Source of the DNA: a virus
IMG/VR virus record: IMGVR_UViG_3300030012_002828
Coordinates: 29,844-93,843 of that record
DNA length: 64,000 nucleotides
Strand: one strand, 5' to 3'
Shown: positions 9,672-19,800 of the stretch, in pieces
Layout: every line of letters begins with the position of its first letter
Numbering within the stretch: the stretch's first letter is position 1
Translations under genes and position numbers: made by a program
Notes under the pieces: generated by a model
Seen by the model: only the letters and a program-made list of their open reading frames with translations
Told to the model about the DNA's origin: nothing
The model's database searches: none

Positions 9672-12182
9672 ATGAACAATACAGAAACATGGATGGGGTC
9701 AGGACAATCGGTAACTTTAGCACCCGAAAGCGAATTATTTTTAGGATATTCGCCTTATGGCCCGACTTTTGGTAGATATGGAACGAGCAAAGCACATTTA
9801 ATTAAATATTCTTTAGGATATGGAACAGAACAAGATAATACAGAAGTTGGCGCAAATCATGGAATGACGCTTTCTGTACAAATAAATGGTGCAACTCCTG
9901 ATGATGGAGATACTACACTTACTATTTTTAATGCAGGGCATAATTTACAAGTAGGAATGTCAATATCAGGTACTAATATTCCAGCAGGTACAACAATAAC
10001 AGCAATTAATAGTACAACTGAAATTGTCATAAGTCAAGCACCGACTACTAATTTAGCAAATGCCGAAACTTTGCAGGTTGCTCAAAATACACATTTTACA
10101 GATTACTATCATTTAGTACCGGATTTGTATACAGGTTGTACTGCTAAATTTTTCTATACCGATACAAGTACTGCTGAACCAACATATAGATTTTCAGCAG
10201 TAGTAGCAGGTAATGATGCTGATGCAATTTATTTTTCAGGTAATTTATTAGATTATCCTGTATTAAATAGTGATTTTAGTGGCGATTTAAAAAGAGGATA
10301 TATTATATTAGAGGCTAATGGTTCTACTATCCCTGCACCAATATCTTTAGAAAATAGAGGTGCTTGTACTGCAATTACTGTTGGGCCGAGTGTTGGAGAT
10401 AATGATGAATCTATTGTTGGTGCAGAAGGTATTTTTAGTTCATTAAAATTAGATGATATAATTACTTCTTCAACGGGAATACAAATTGGTAAGGTTTGGA
10501 CTTATAGAAATGATGATACGGCTTCTGTATTTAGACAAGATGGTACTGGTGATGGAACACATATTCATACAATGTCAGCAAAATTAGCAACAGTTAAAAG
10601 TATTTCAGGTTCATCAACTTTTAGAACTATTGTTCTTGAAAATATAGTAAATACATCTTCTACCACAACAAAAACTGATTTATCAGGTATTTTTACTGCT
10701 GGGGATATAATTTCTTCAATAAATACAGATAATCAAGATATTGCTATTGCAAGAGGAATTATTGTTGGTCAAGCCTCAGATGGATTAACATGGTTAATAA
10801 GACCAATTGTTGCACCATTAGCAAATGACCATGTTTATTGGGGAAGAGAGGTAAGTGAATTAGTTGGAGGTGTTACTTCAGTACATACTGTTTCACCAAG
10901 AGTATTATCTAACAATTGGATAGGTTTAACAAATTCAGTAGGAATACCTCAAGTTGAACAAGAAACAAAGCAAATGAATATGTCTTTAGCAGGTAGTAGA
11001 AATTACTCATATCAATATAGAGGAATGGAAACAGCAGGGTCAGCAAGTATAGATGTTAATCTAAATCATGGTTCATGGTTGTTTTATGCTTTTGGTGGAT
11101 TAAATTCAGTATCTTTTACCCATACAGATAAAACTCAAACCAATGCTTTTGAATGTGTTGATGCTTCATCATCTGCTCATAAAACTTATGCAGGTTTTAG
11201 TACTGATGCTGATAGAAATACAACAGGTCATACTTCTAACGGTAAATTTCATAGAGTTTTAGCAGGTTCTAAATCTCTTTGTCCACCACTATTACCAAAT
11301 ACAGGTGCAGGTTTATTGACTCTTCCAAGTGAATCAGGTGGTACTTTACAACATGGAATTACTTATACTTTTAATGAAAGAAATGATAACAAACTACCTT
11401 CTTTTAGTTTAGAGTTATTAGTGCAGAAAGGTTCTGTGCTTGATGGAACAAACCGTTCTTTAATGGTTGATAGAAATACATATAGTGAAAATGTATATGC
11501 ACAAATTTATCCCGGCTGTGTAGTAAGTGATATGCAATTAACAGCAAATGAAAATGAAGAAGTTAAGTCTACTTTAAATCTTAATGTTAAGAGAGTGTTT
11601 GAAGCAGAAGGTGGATATGTAGGTAAGTGTTATGATTCAACAAATAACGATACTACGGAATTTAAAAATCTACTAAACTTTGGACAACAAACAGGAAATA
11701 ATACAAATATTGTACAGTCTTTCGTAGACCCATTCTTTTTCTCTAATGGTAGCATAAGTCTATTTGGTCAAGAATTTTTGAAGGTTACATCATTTACAAT
11801 GAACTTGCAAAATGGTCTTCAAGATAAAAGATATATAGGACAGTATAACAAACAAATTAAATCCTATGTTACAGGTCAAAGAACATATGAAATTAGCATA
11901 CAAGCATTAGTATCAGATAGAAGAATATTTGATGAATTAAGAAGGCAAAGTCCTCATAGATTTGTGCTAAACGAAACAGCAGATGGTTCAAATGCTAAAA
12001 TTGTATTGCAGTTTGTGAAACCAAATGGAGAACAAATAACATTAGAATTTGATGATTATCTTATTAGTGCCGCAACATGGCCTATACAAGATGATAGAGG
12101 CCCAGTTCAAGTTGATTTTACTATTATGCCTCTTAGAGTAGGAACATTGAATGCTACTACCCATTGGGTTATGCAATCTTGA
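9672..12182 (+). CDS. Major tail (tube) protein with large inserted beta domains
   Basis: C-terminal 'LPSFSLE..YPGCVVSDMQL..FSNGSI..SFTMNLQN..GQRTYEISI' tail-tube pattern; precedes chaperone and TMP. Confidence 0.75.
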   Translation: MNNTETWMGSGQSVTLAPESELFLGYSPYGPTFGRYGTSKAHLIKYSLGYGTEQDNTEVGANHGMTLSVQINGATPDDGDTTLTIFNAGHNLQVGMSISGTNIPAGTTITAINSTTEIVISQAPTTNLANAETLQVAQNTHFTDYYHLVPDLYTGCTAKFFYTDTSTAEPTYRFSAVVAGNDADAIYFSGNLLDYPVLNSDFSGDLKRGYIILEANGSTIPAPISLENRGACTAITVGPSVGDNDESIVGAEGIFSSLKLDDIITSSTGIQIGKVWTYRNDDTASVFRQDGTGDGTHIHTMSAKLATVKSISGSSTFRTIVLENIVNTSSTTTKTDLSGIFTAGDIISSINTDNQDIAIARGIIVGQASDGLTWLIRPIVAPLANDHVYWGREVSELVGGVTSVHTVSPRVLSNNWIGLTNSVGIPQVEQETKQMNMSLAGSRNYSYQYRGMETAGSASIDVNLNHGSWLFYAFGGLNSVSFTHTDKTQTNAFECVDASSSAHKTYAGFSTDADRNTTGHTSNGKFHRVLAGSKSLCPPLLPNTGAGLLTLPSESGGTLQHGITYTFNERNDNKLPSFSLELLVQKGSVLDGTNRSLMVDRNTYSENVYAQIYPGCVVSDMQLTANENEEVKSTLNLNVKRVFEAEGGYVGKCYDSTNNDTTEFKNLLNFGQQTGNNTNIVQSFVDPFFFSNGSISLFGQEFLKVTSFTMNLQNGLQDKRYIGQYNKQIKSYVTGQRTYEISIQALVSDRRIFDELRRQSPHRFVLNETADGSNAKIVLQFVKPNGEQITLEFDDYLISAATWPIQDDRGPVQVDFTIMPLRVGTLNATTHWVMQS

Positions 12183-12227
12183 TTCGAGTAAAATTGACGG
12201 TGAAAATTATGAAAAAAGGTGAATATT

Positions 12228-12608
12228 ATGGAACAAAAGAAAATTATAACAGAAAAAGGTAAATTATTAACAAGAATAGAAAGCGTATTACATTATGTAA
12301 GAATAGACCCTGATGAAGAAGAATATATGAAAGTGTGGGTAAAAGAGCCTACATTCTTCCAATTAGAGCAAGCGCAAATGAAACTATTTAATGTTAATAT
12401 GCAACAACAAGATGTATCATTTGATATGACTGAAGTTTATAGATACTTATTTGAAGCATTTGTAGAAAAGACTGAACCCTCTCTAAGTCCTATTGATTTA
12501 TTGAGAATTAATCCTTATGTTGGACAGCAAATTAAGGCTATCCTACCCGACCCTTTTAGTGTCGTAGAGGTTGATGGTAATTTAAAAGCGAATTCAGAAG
12601 GGCAGTAA
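12228..12608 (+). CDS. Tail assembly chaperone (gpG-like)
   Basis: Between tail tube and TMP; slippery heptamer near its 3' end. Confidence 0.75.
   Translation: MEQKKIITEKGKLLTRIESVLHYVRIDPDEEEYMKVWVKEPTFFQLEQAQMKLFNVNMQQQDVSFDMTEVYRYLFEAFVEKTEPSLSPIDLLRINPYVGQQIKAILPDPFSVVEVDGNLKANSEGQ
12581..12587 (+). other. -1 ribosomal frameshift slippery site T TTA AAA
   Basis: In-phase XXXYYYZ heptamer; the -1 frame is open to TAA at 12800-12802. Confidence 0.75.
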
Positions 12609-12802
12609 GAACAGGCAAAATAGATAATCCAAGAATAGCACACGCATTAACATATTATACTTTATCTAAAGAATTAAATATAACTCCTGATGTTGCTATG
12701 AATTTACCTATGAGTATAATTACTGACCTTTTAATGGTACACGGAGAAATTGAACAATTAAAAATGGATGAATTAAATAAACATAAAGGTGGTCTAAAGT
12801 AA
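12587..12802 (+). CDS. gpT-like -1 frame extension of the tail chaperone (SEFRRAVRTGKIDNPR...KGGLK*)
   Basis: Fills the gap to the TMP, and its stop overlaps the TMP ATG (TAATG); absent from the ORF track. Confidence 0.7.
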   Translation, partial: SEFRRAVRTGKIDNPRIAHALTYYTLSKELNITPDVAMNLPMSIITDLLMVHGEIEQLKMDELNKHKGGLK

Positions 12803-14763
12803 TGGCAGAAAGGTATGTTAAGGTTACAGAAGATATGGCTTCTAACCTTGACAAAGTTTCACAGTCATTAAAAGATATTGGTAAATTAGAAACATCCGTA
12901 CTTCAAGGCTTTGTTGAAATAACTAAAAGTAGTACAGCAACAGGACAAGCGTGGACAGGTATTGCTCGTTTCTTTTCAGGTACAGGATTTTGGCAGGTAC
13001 AAAATAAAGTAAAAGCAATTGCTAATCTCTTACAATTTCAACAAAAACTTACAGAAAAAAAGATACAGCAAGAAGAAGAACTAACTTCTCAAGTTGCAAA
13101 AACTGATAAAAATCTTCAAACTGTATTAGAAACACAAACAGCACTTCAGGGTATTTTAGATAGAACAACATCTTTAGAAGATAGAAAAGCAATATTAAAT
13201 TCTAAATATTTTAAAGTATTACAGAAAAGATACGGAACAAGACAGGCAGTTTTTAAATTATTAGAAAGAACAAATAAAGCAGAAAAAAAGGCTAAAGAAT
13301 TTAATGATGCTTTGAATAAAGGTAAAGCAAAAGAAATTAGAAGTCAGTTTAGAAAATTAGAACTGATGGAAGATGAAATAGGTTATTTAAATTCAAGAAG
13401 TGTTTTAAGTAAAGAAGAAGAAGAAAGAAGAGATAACTTAGTAAAATTAGTAAAGGATTATAATTCAGGTCTTGTACTTTCAAAAGATAATATAATACAA
13501 ATGAATAACGAACAATTAACTTTGGCTTCACAAATGCAAGATTACCAACAGGAATATTTTATAGCAAATGATAGGTATAGAGAATTGGTAGCCTCGATTG
13601 CTTCAGAAACAGATGAAAAAGAAAAAGAAAGATTATTAAAAGTTAAAAAAGAATTAGATGAAGAAAAGCAAAGAATACGAAAAGAGCAAAAAGACTTAGA
13701 AGATAAGTTGGGTGCAGAAGGAATTACAGTAAATAAAATAGGAAAAGATGTAAAAGGTTTTGATTCATCAGGTGCTAAAAAACCAAAAGGTATGTTAGGA
13801 TATTTAGAAAAAATGGCTGAAGGTACAGTAATAGAAAAATTATTTAACGCTTGGCATAAAAAACATTTGATAACATTATTTTTGTGGAGAAAGAAAAATA
13901 GTTTTTTAAGTTTGTTTAGAAATCCCGCACGATTAGGAAGGCAAATAGGAATGTTTTTAGGAAAAGCAATTACTTTCTTTATATCCTTTATGGTAATAGG
14001 TTTTCTTTTAATAGCATTTTTAGTAACACTAAAAAGTTTAGGAATTTTTGATTATATAGTTTTTATAGCCAAAGAAATATTTAGAATAGGAAAAGTAGTA
14101 ATGAGTGTTTTAGGAAAGGTATTTGCTGTATTTGCTGTATTTATTACAGACTTAGTTCAATTTATTTCTGATTTATTTTCATCTGATGGTAATTTTGTAA
14201 AATCTGGTGGGAAATTAATTATGTCGGGATTGGCAGTAGTCGGAACTATTCTTATGGGTGTTTTAGAAATTCTTGGGGCTACAATTTGGTCATTATTAAA
14301 ACTTACATTTGGTATTTTCTATGCAGGTTTTAAAGAACAAGGAGGCAAATTTGTTCTTAAATTAATTGGATTTGGTTTAGTATTATTTGGTATGTGGAAA
14401 GTTACATCATTTTTAATTGCGGCCGCAACTTCAAACGGATTTGTTATAGCAATAGGTATATTATTAGCAGGTATTATGAGTTTATTTTCTAATATTCCGG
14501 GAATGGCTGAGGGAGGAATTGCAACAGGCGGTTTAACAATGGTGGGAGAAAAAGGCCCAGAATTAGTTAATTTGCCAAGTGGTTCAAGAGTTTATAGTAA
14601 CCAAGAATCAAGAGGAATTGCGGGTACAACAAATAATATTACTGTAAATGTACAAGGTAGAGTAGGTGCATCAGACGCAGAATTAAGAGATATAGCAAAT
14701 AAGGTTGGAAGGCTTATATCATTAGAAGTTAATAGAACAACATCATCGGGTACAAGGATTTGA
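12802..14763 (+). CDS. Tape measure protein
   Basis: Coiled coil plus hydrophobic helices; C-terminal 'GMAEGG..GGLTMVGEKGPELV..PSGSRV' motif. Confidence 0.85.
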   Translation: MAERYVKVTEDMASNLDKVSQSLKDIGKLETSVLQGFVEITKSSTATGQAWTGIARFFSGTGFWQVQNKVKAIANLLQFQQKLTEKKIQQEEELTSQVAKTDKNLQTVLETQTALQGILDRTTSLEDRKAILNSKYFKVLQKRYGTRQAVFKLLERTNKAEKKAKEFNDALNKGKAKEIRSQFRKLELMEDEIGYLNSRSVLSKEEEERRDNLVKLVKDYNSGLVLSKDNIIQMNNEQLTLASQMQDYQQEYFIANDRYRELVASIASETDEKEKERLLKVKKELDEEKQRIRKEQKDLEDKLGAEGITVNKIGKDVKGFDSSGAKKPKGMLGYLEKMAEGTVIEKLFNAWHKKHLITLFLWRKKNSFLSLFRNPARLGRQIGMFLGKAITFFISFMVIGFLLIAFLVTLKSLGIFDYIVFIAKEIFRIGKVVMSVLGKVFAVFAVFITDLVQFISDLFSSDGNFVKSGGKLIMSGLAVVGTILMGVLEILGATIWSLLKLTFGIFYAGFKEQGGKFVLKLIGFGLVLFGMWKVTSFLIAAATSNGFVIAIGILLAGIMSLFSNIPGMAEGGIATGGLTMVGEKGPELVNLPSGSRVYSNQESRGIAGTTNNITVNVQGRVGASDAELRDIANKVGRLISLEVNRTTSSGTRI

Positions 14764-14767
14764 TATT

Positions 14768-15778
14768 ATGACACAGACAGGGAGTATTAGTTTAACAATA
14801 AATAATAATGTAATTACAAGAGCCACAGGTAGTTTTATTTCTGATGGTTTTCAGGTTGGTGATACTATTACTTTATTTCAATCAAGTAATAATACAGGAA
14901 CATACTCTATTAGATTAATTGATGCTACTACTATAACTACTGTTGAAAATATAACAGACGAATCTTCTTTTACAGGTGTAGTATTAACAAGCGGAGAAAA
15001 ACTATGGAATAATAGTGCTATAAATTATAATATTACAAGTGATAACACATCAAGTATTCAACATTTTGTTTTTCTAAATTTAGGCGCAAGAGATGGTAAA
15101 GGTTTAACTGAAGAGTTTTTTGCAACTAATAGAATAGGATTAAAAGCAGATTCGGTTGGAATTACCACTTCTAAAACTGTGCCTACTGTTCCAATTCCGG
15201 GTGTTGCTGCTATTACAGGAGAAGCACAAAGTTTAGCATTAGACTTAGGTATGGCTTCAAAATCAATAAATATATCGGGTACTATAACAGACCAATTTAT
15301 TACTAAGGAATTTAAGAAAACAACAGGTTTAGAAAAGAATCCTTCTGTATATATGACAGCCTTTGAAATAGCACAATTAATTCATTCACATGCAGATTCT
15401 TCCGGCCTACAAAAATATCAAACAATGAATGAAATAGTTATTCTTATGCCTTCAAGAGTAGATGGTAGATATAATTATCATAGTTCACTTGCTGAAGCAC
15501 AAGTAAGTAATCCAACAGAATTTACAAGTATAGAAGATTTACCCCTAATACCTTTTAATTATAAAGTTAGGTCACAAGATAATAGGGGTAGTATCTATCA
15601 ATTTTATCCTGATACTGAAGATGGAAAACCATTTACTAACTTTCCTTCTCCTATTCATGCCGGTTCAAAAATAAAAGGCGTTAAAGGATTTATAAGAAGT
15701 TTTAATAGTTCTATTACTGCGGGTTTGCCTTACATTACTTTTACTCTTGATTTTGAGGTAGCAGCAATTATAGGGTGA
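14768..15778 (+). CDS. Putative distal tail/baseplate protein
   Basis: Directly after the TMP; beta-rich. Confidence 0.55.
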   Translation: MTQTGSISLTINNNVITRATGSFISDGFQVGDTITLFQSSNNTGTYSIRLIDATTITTVENITDESSFTGVVLTSGEKLWNNSAINYNITSDNTSSIQHFVFLNLGARDGKGLTEEFFATNRIGLKADSVGITTSKTVPTVPIPGVAAITGEAQSLALDLGMASKSINISGTITDQFITKEFKKTTGLEKNPSVYMTAFEIAQLIHSHADSSGLQKYQTMNEIVILMPSRVDGRYNYHSSLAEAQVSNPTEFTSIEDLPLIPFNYKVRSQDNRGSIYQFYPDTEDGKPFTNFPSPIHAGSKIKGVKGFIRSFNSSITAGLPYITFTLDFEVAAIIG

Positions 15779-15784
15779 TAATAT

Positions 15785-16864
15785 ATGGTTAATTATAATA
15801 CATACATTGGTAATAAGAAATCTTTAAAATTTCCTGTTATGTCTGATGGTTATGTATCAATTCCTTATAATAAAAATGTAGCAACTACACCCTATGGTAT
15901 TTGGGAAATTTCTGATTCCTTTACAATACAGGCAATTATAACACCATATGATTGTAATGGAAATATAAGAGATACTGTTTTAGACTCAGAAAAAACTATA
16001 TCTGCTTCACCAACTTCAAGCAATCAAAGTAATCATTACTTAAATAATAATCTTAGACTTAAACATAAAATGGTTTTATTTCAATCAGAAAATGTAGAGT
16101 TGTTTTTACAGAATAATACTGTGAATAATGCCAATAACCCTGCTCATTATAGTCTTGGTATGAGGGTTAAAATTACAAACGACGATACTATATTTACAAA
16201 TAATTTAATTATACCTATTAGTAATCATACTAATTTAGATGACACCGATGATATGTATGACGGATTTCAAAAAATTAGAAGTAGAAGATTTGGGGGTTCA
16301 GGTTTAGCAACTTCAAGTAATTCTTATGATACCTTTTTACCTGTCAGTAGCACTTTAGCCCTTAATCAATTTATAATAGGTGATTTATTATATGATATTA
16401 ATAATACATTAATAGGAGAAATTAAGCAAATAGATACATCAGGTACAAAAGGATTACATCTTAGTGGTGTTTATGATGTAACTCCTTATAATAATAGTAA
16501 CTTTGAAATTTATGTAGACCCTGATAAAGAACCTGTATATGTATTAGGGAATTATCATATTGCTGCTTCATTTAATAACGCATCGGGTACAATGAGTTTA
16601 TATTTGAACGGTGTTTTAGTTAATTCAAAACAACACATTGATAGAAAAAATAATATAATAACTGACTTTAATTTTGCAGACGGTGATATTTATATTGGGC
16701 AAAACCCTGATGCTACTGTACCAAGACAAACACAATTTATGGGAGAAATACATGAGTTATCAGTTAATGACGATTTAATCACAGACTTTCCATCTCTCTA
16801 TACACTATTTCCACAAAGAAGAACACTTAAACTATATTTAACATTTGAAGAAGGTGATAATTAA
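15785..16864 (+). CDS. Tail protein with LamG/concanavalin A-like domain
   Basis: 'FTIQAII', 'YHIAASF..MSLYLNG', 'IYIG..FMGEIHEL'. Confidence 0.75.
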   Translation: MVNYNTYIGNKKSLKFPVMSDGYVSIPYNKNVATTPYGIWEISDSFTIQAIITPYDCNGNIRDTVLDSEKTISASPTSSNQSNHYLNNNLRLKHKMVLFQSENVELFLQNNTVNNANNPAHYSLGMRVKITNDDTIFTNNLIIPISNHTNLDDTDDMYDGFQKIRSRRFGGSGLATSSNSYDTFLPVSSTLALNQFIIGDLLYDINNTLIGEIKQIDTSGTKGLHLSGVYDVTPYNNSNFEIYVDPDKEPVYVLGNYHIAASFNNASGTMSLYLNGVLVNSKQHIDRKNNIITDFNFADGDIYIGQNPDATVPRQTQFMGEIHELSVNDDLITDFPSLYTLFPQRRTLKLYLTFEEGDN

Positions 16865-19800
16865 TGAGTTTATATGTTCTAAATAAGGGTAAAACTTCCT
16901 ATAATAACCCTTCTGATGCTTCATATGCTGTTTCTTCTAATGGTATTATTGTTGATACAAGAAGTTCTACTAATTGGTCTTTATCTTCTTACAGTATTAG
17001 CAAAGCAGATAACTTAACTTCTCCAACAGGTACAGGTATTATTAATAGACATTTACCTTCAACTCAAACACTTACAGATGTTTTAGAAAATCCAGTAACT
17101 ACTAAATCTTTCCAACTAAAATTACCGGTAGGACAGGCATTAACTTTAGACCCTCTTTATGATTATTTTGTAGTAATATATTCTACCGAAACATTTGATA
17201 CAAATAATTTTGAAACTCACAAAAATAAAATACATGTAGCAAAAATTACAGAACAAATACAGTTTGATTCTCCTAACGATGCCTTTGAATTTAGTCCTAA
17301 AACAAAAGTAGATAATGTAAAGGGCATAAAGTATGCCATATATAAAGGACATTTAAAAACAGATACAAATGTAGTAGCCGTAGGATTTGGTTTATTAGGT
17401 AATAGTGTTACTGGTAGATATTTTGGTAAATTGACAATTAGCACTCCTGCTGTTTATTTTTATAATGATAGACTTAAAATTAAAAATCAATTAGATTATT
17501 CTACTAAATATGCACTTAAAAAAATAAATAGTACAGAATCAGAATTAACAACTCATTTTGTTACTGAATCGAATAGTAGTGCAAGGGTGGTAGATAAATC
17601 TCCTTTTACTTATTATGTAAATTTAGTAGATAATTTGAAACAAAAAGATTTTATTAGTAATACTGGTATAAGTACTGAATCAGATTTAACTGCTATGGGT
17701 ACTGATGCAACTTATACAGTAGATTTAACTACATGGAATACTTGTTTTAAAAATATAAGAAGAGGTCTATCAGACACCTTTGCTTCATATACAGGCCCAA
17801 GTAGATATATTACTTATGCTAATTCTTCTGAAATTAATAACTTTATGCCTTTTGTATTAGATTTAGATTTAAGTAAAACCATAAATAAAGTAGGTTCTTT
17901 TGGTCAAATAAAATTAGTAGATACAAGTAAAATATTAGATGAAAAAATAAACTTGTATGATGATTTAAAGGTAAGACAAGTAATGTTTGAAGATGATATA
18001 TCTAATAGTCATAGTGCTTTGCTATTTGGTTTAGCATCTATTACATCTGGTTCTAATACAATTAACATTACTAATTTAGAAAATGATACAAGTTTATCTT
18101 TTATTAATGGTTGTGAATTAATAGAAAATAGTAATGGTAAAGTTAATATTAGAATAGGTAATTATTTATTTAAATTAGATACAAATCCAATTGCTATACC
18201 AACTTTAAACTCTACAACTAATGAATTCGAGGGAGTTTTAAATTTTACCCATTGGAGAAGATTAACAGACAAATTTTGGTCAAATACTACTTTCCCAGAA
18301 GATATAACTTTACAACCTTATTTTAGAAAAGAATGGTCTACTATCCTTTCTAATTTAAAAATAGATTTTGATATAGATGAAAATTTATTTAATAGATTAC
18401 AGTTACAACTAAAAGGCGGTCAATTTTCAGGTATGAGATTGAATATAAATACTGTTGATAGTAATAATAAAATTATAACATTAGGTAACATTCCTTCATT
18501 TTCATATCATGGTACATACGATAATATAAATTTGTTAGATTATTTTACAGGTACAGGTATATATGATAAAATTTTGTTTGATGGTTCTGTTGAAGTTATA
18601 GAAGATGAACTAAATGCAGGGGGTCAATTAGTATACAATATAAGTGGAAGAGATGATATTCATAAACTATTAGGGCCAATTATTAATAAATCATTTTTAC
18701 ATGCAAGTGATTATATTTATTCAACAGAACATCCAATACAGGATATTAAAGAAACTGGTACTCAACTTGTTTCAAGTACGAGTTTTGGTGCAAACGGTAT
18801 TTTTGCCGGAGATACTTCTGCAAGACCCTTTAATGGAACTGAATATTTATCTTGGACTTATGGTACTAAATTATATACATCAGATGGAAGATTTATTGCC
18901 GCTTTTAAAGATATAACAAATGTAGGCTTTGTACAAATTAATTTTATTGAACCGGCAAGATGCTATTATCCTAAAACTGAAAATATTTATGTAGCAACCT
19001 CAGATTATATTATTTCCGGTACAGGCATTTCTACCTATAAAGACAGCCCTAATTATGCAAATAATATTAAACACGCTGCTAATAAAGGAATTTATTTTAC
19101 TGCCGGACAAACGCATCCTTCATATGGTAATGTTGAACAACTTGTTGAAAAAGCAGGTACGACAGGTTCATTATCATTAGGTTTTGATATTAATAGTCCT
19201 ACAAATATAAATTCCGATAACGAATTCTTATTCAGATTATCTTCAGAAGGCTTAACTAATACTTATCACAATTTAAAAACTATATCCTCATTAACAAATT
19301 ATGATATTGTTTCTATATCAGGAGAAAATAATAATAATAAAGTAATATCAATAGCACCCGTATCTCCGTTTATTTTAGGAAGAATTGATGAAAATTCTTT
19401 AGATACAAGATATACAAATAGTCAAGGTATGTATTTAATTAATTCACAAAGTTTAACAAATGGTGGTTTAATAAATTATGTACATAATAAAACGCATGAT
19501 TCTATAAATTCAAAAAAATCTTTCAGTATAAATAAATATGATAATATGATATATGGTAGTCCTTTATATAAATACATTGATTTACAAAACAAAACTTCAT
19601 TATTTATAAAAGATACAATTACTCAGACTACTGAATTGGGTTCTACTAATACTTACAATAATCATTACTCTATAATTAAACCTAATTATATTAAATATGC
19701 TACATCTTTTAAGTTTAAAGAAGCATTAACTATTAGAAATTCTAATGATGTAGTTACAAGTGGAACTCCTACAATATATAATGAAGAACAATATTCTGAT

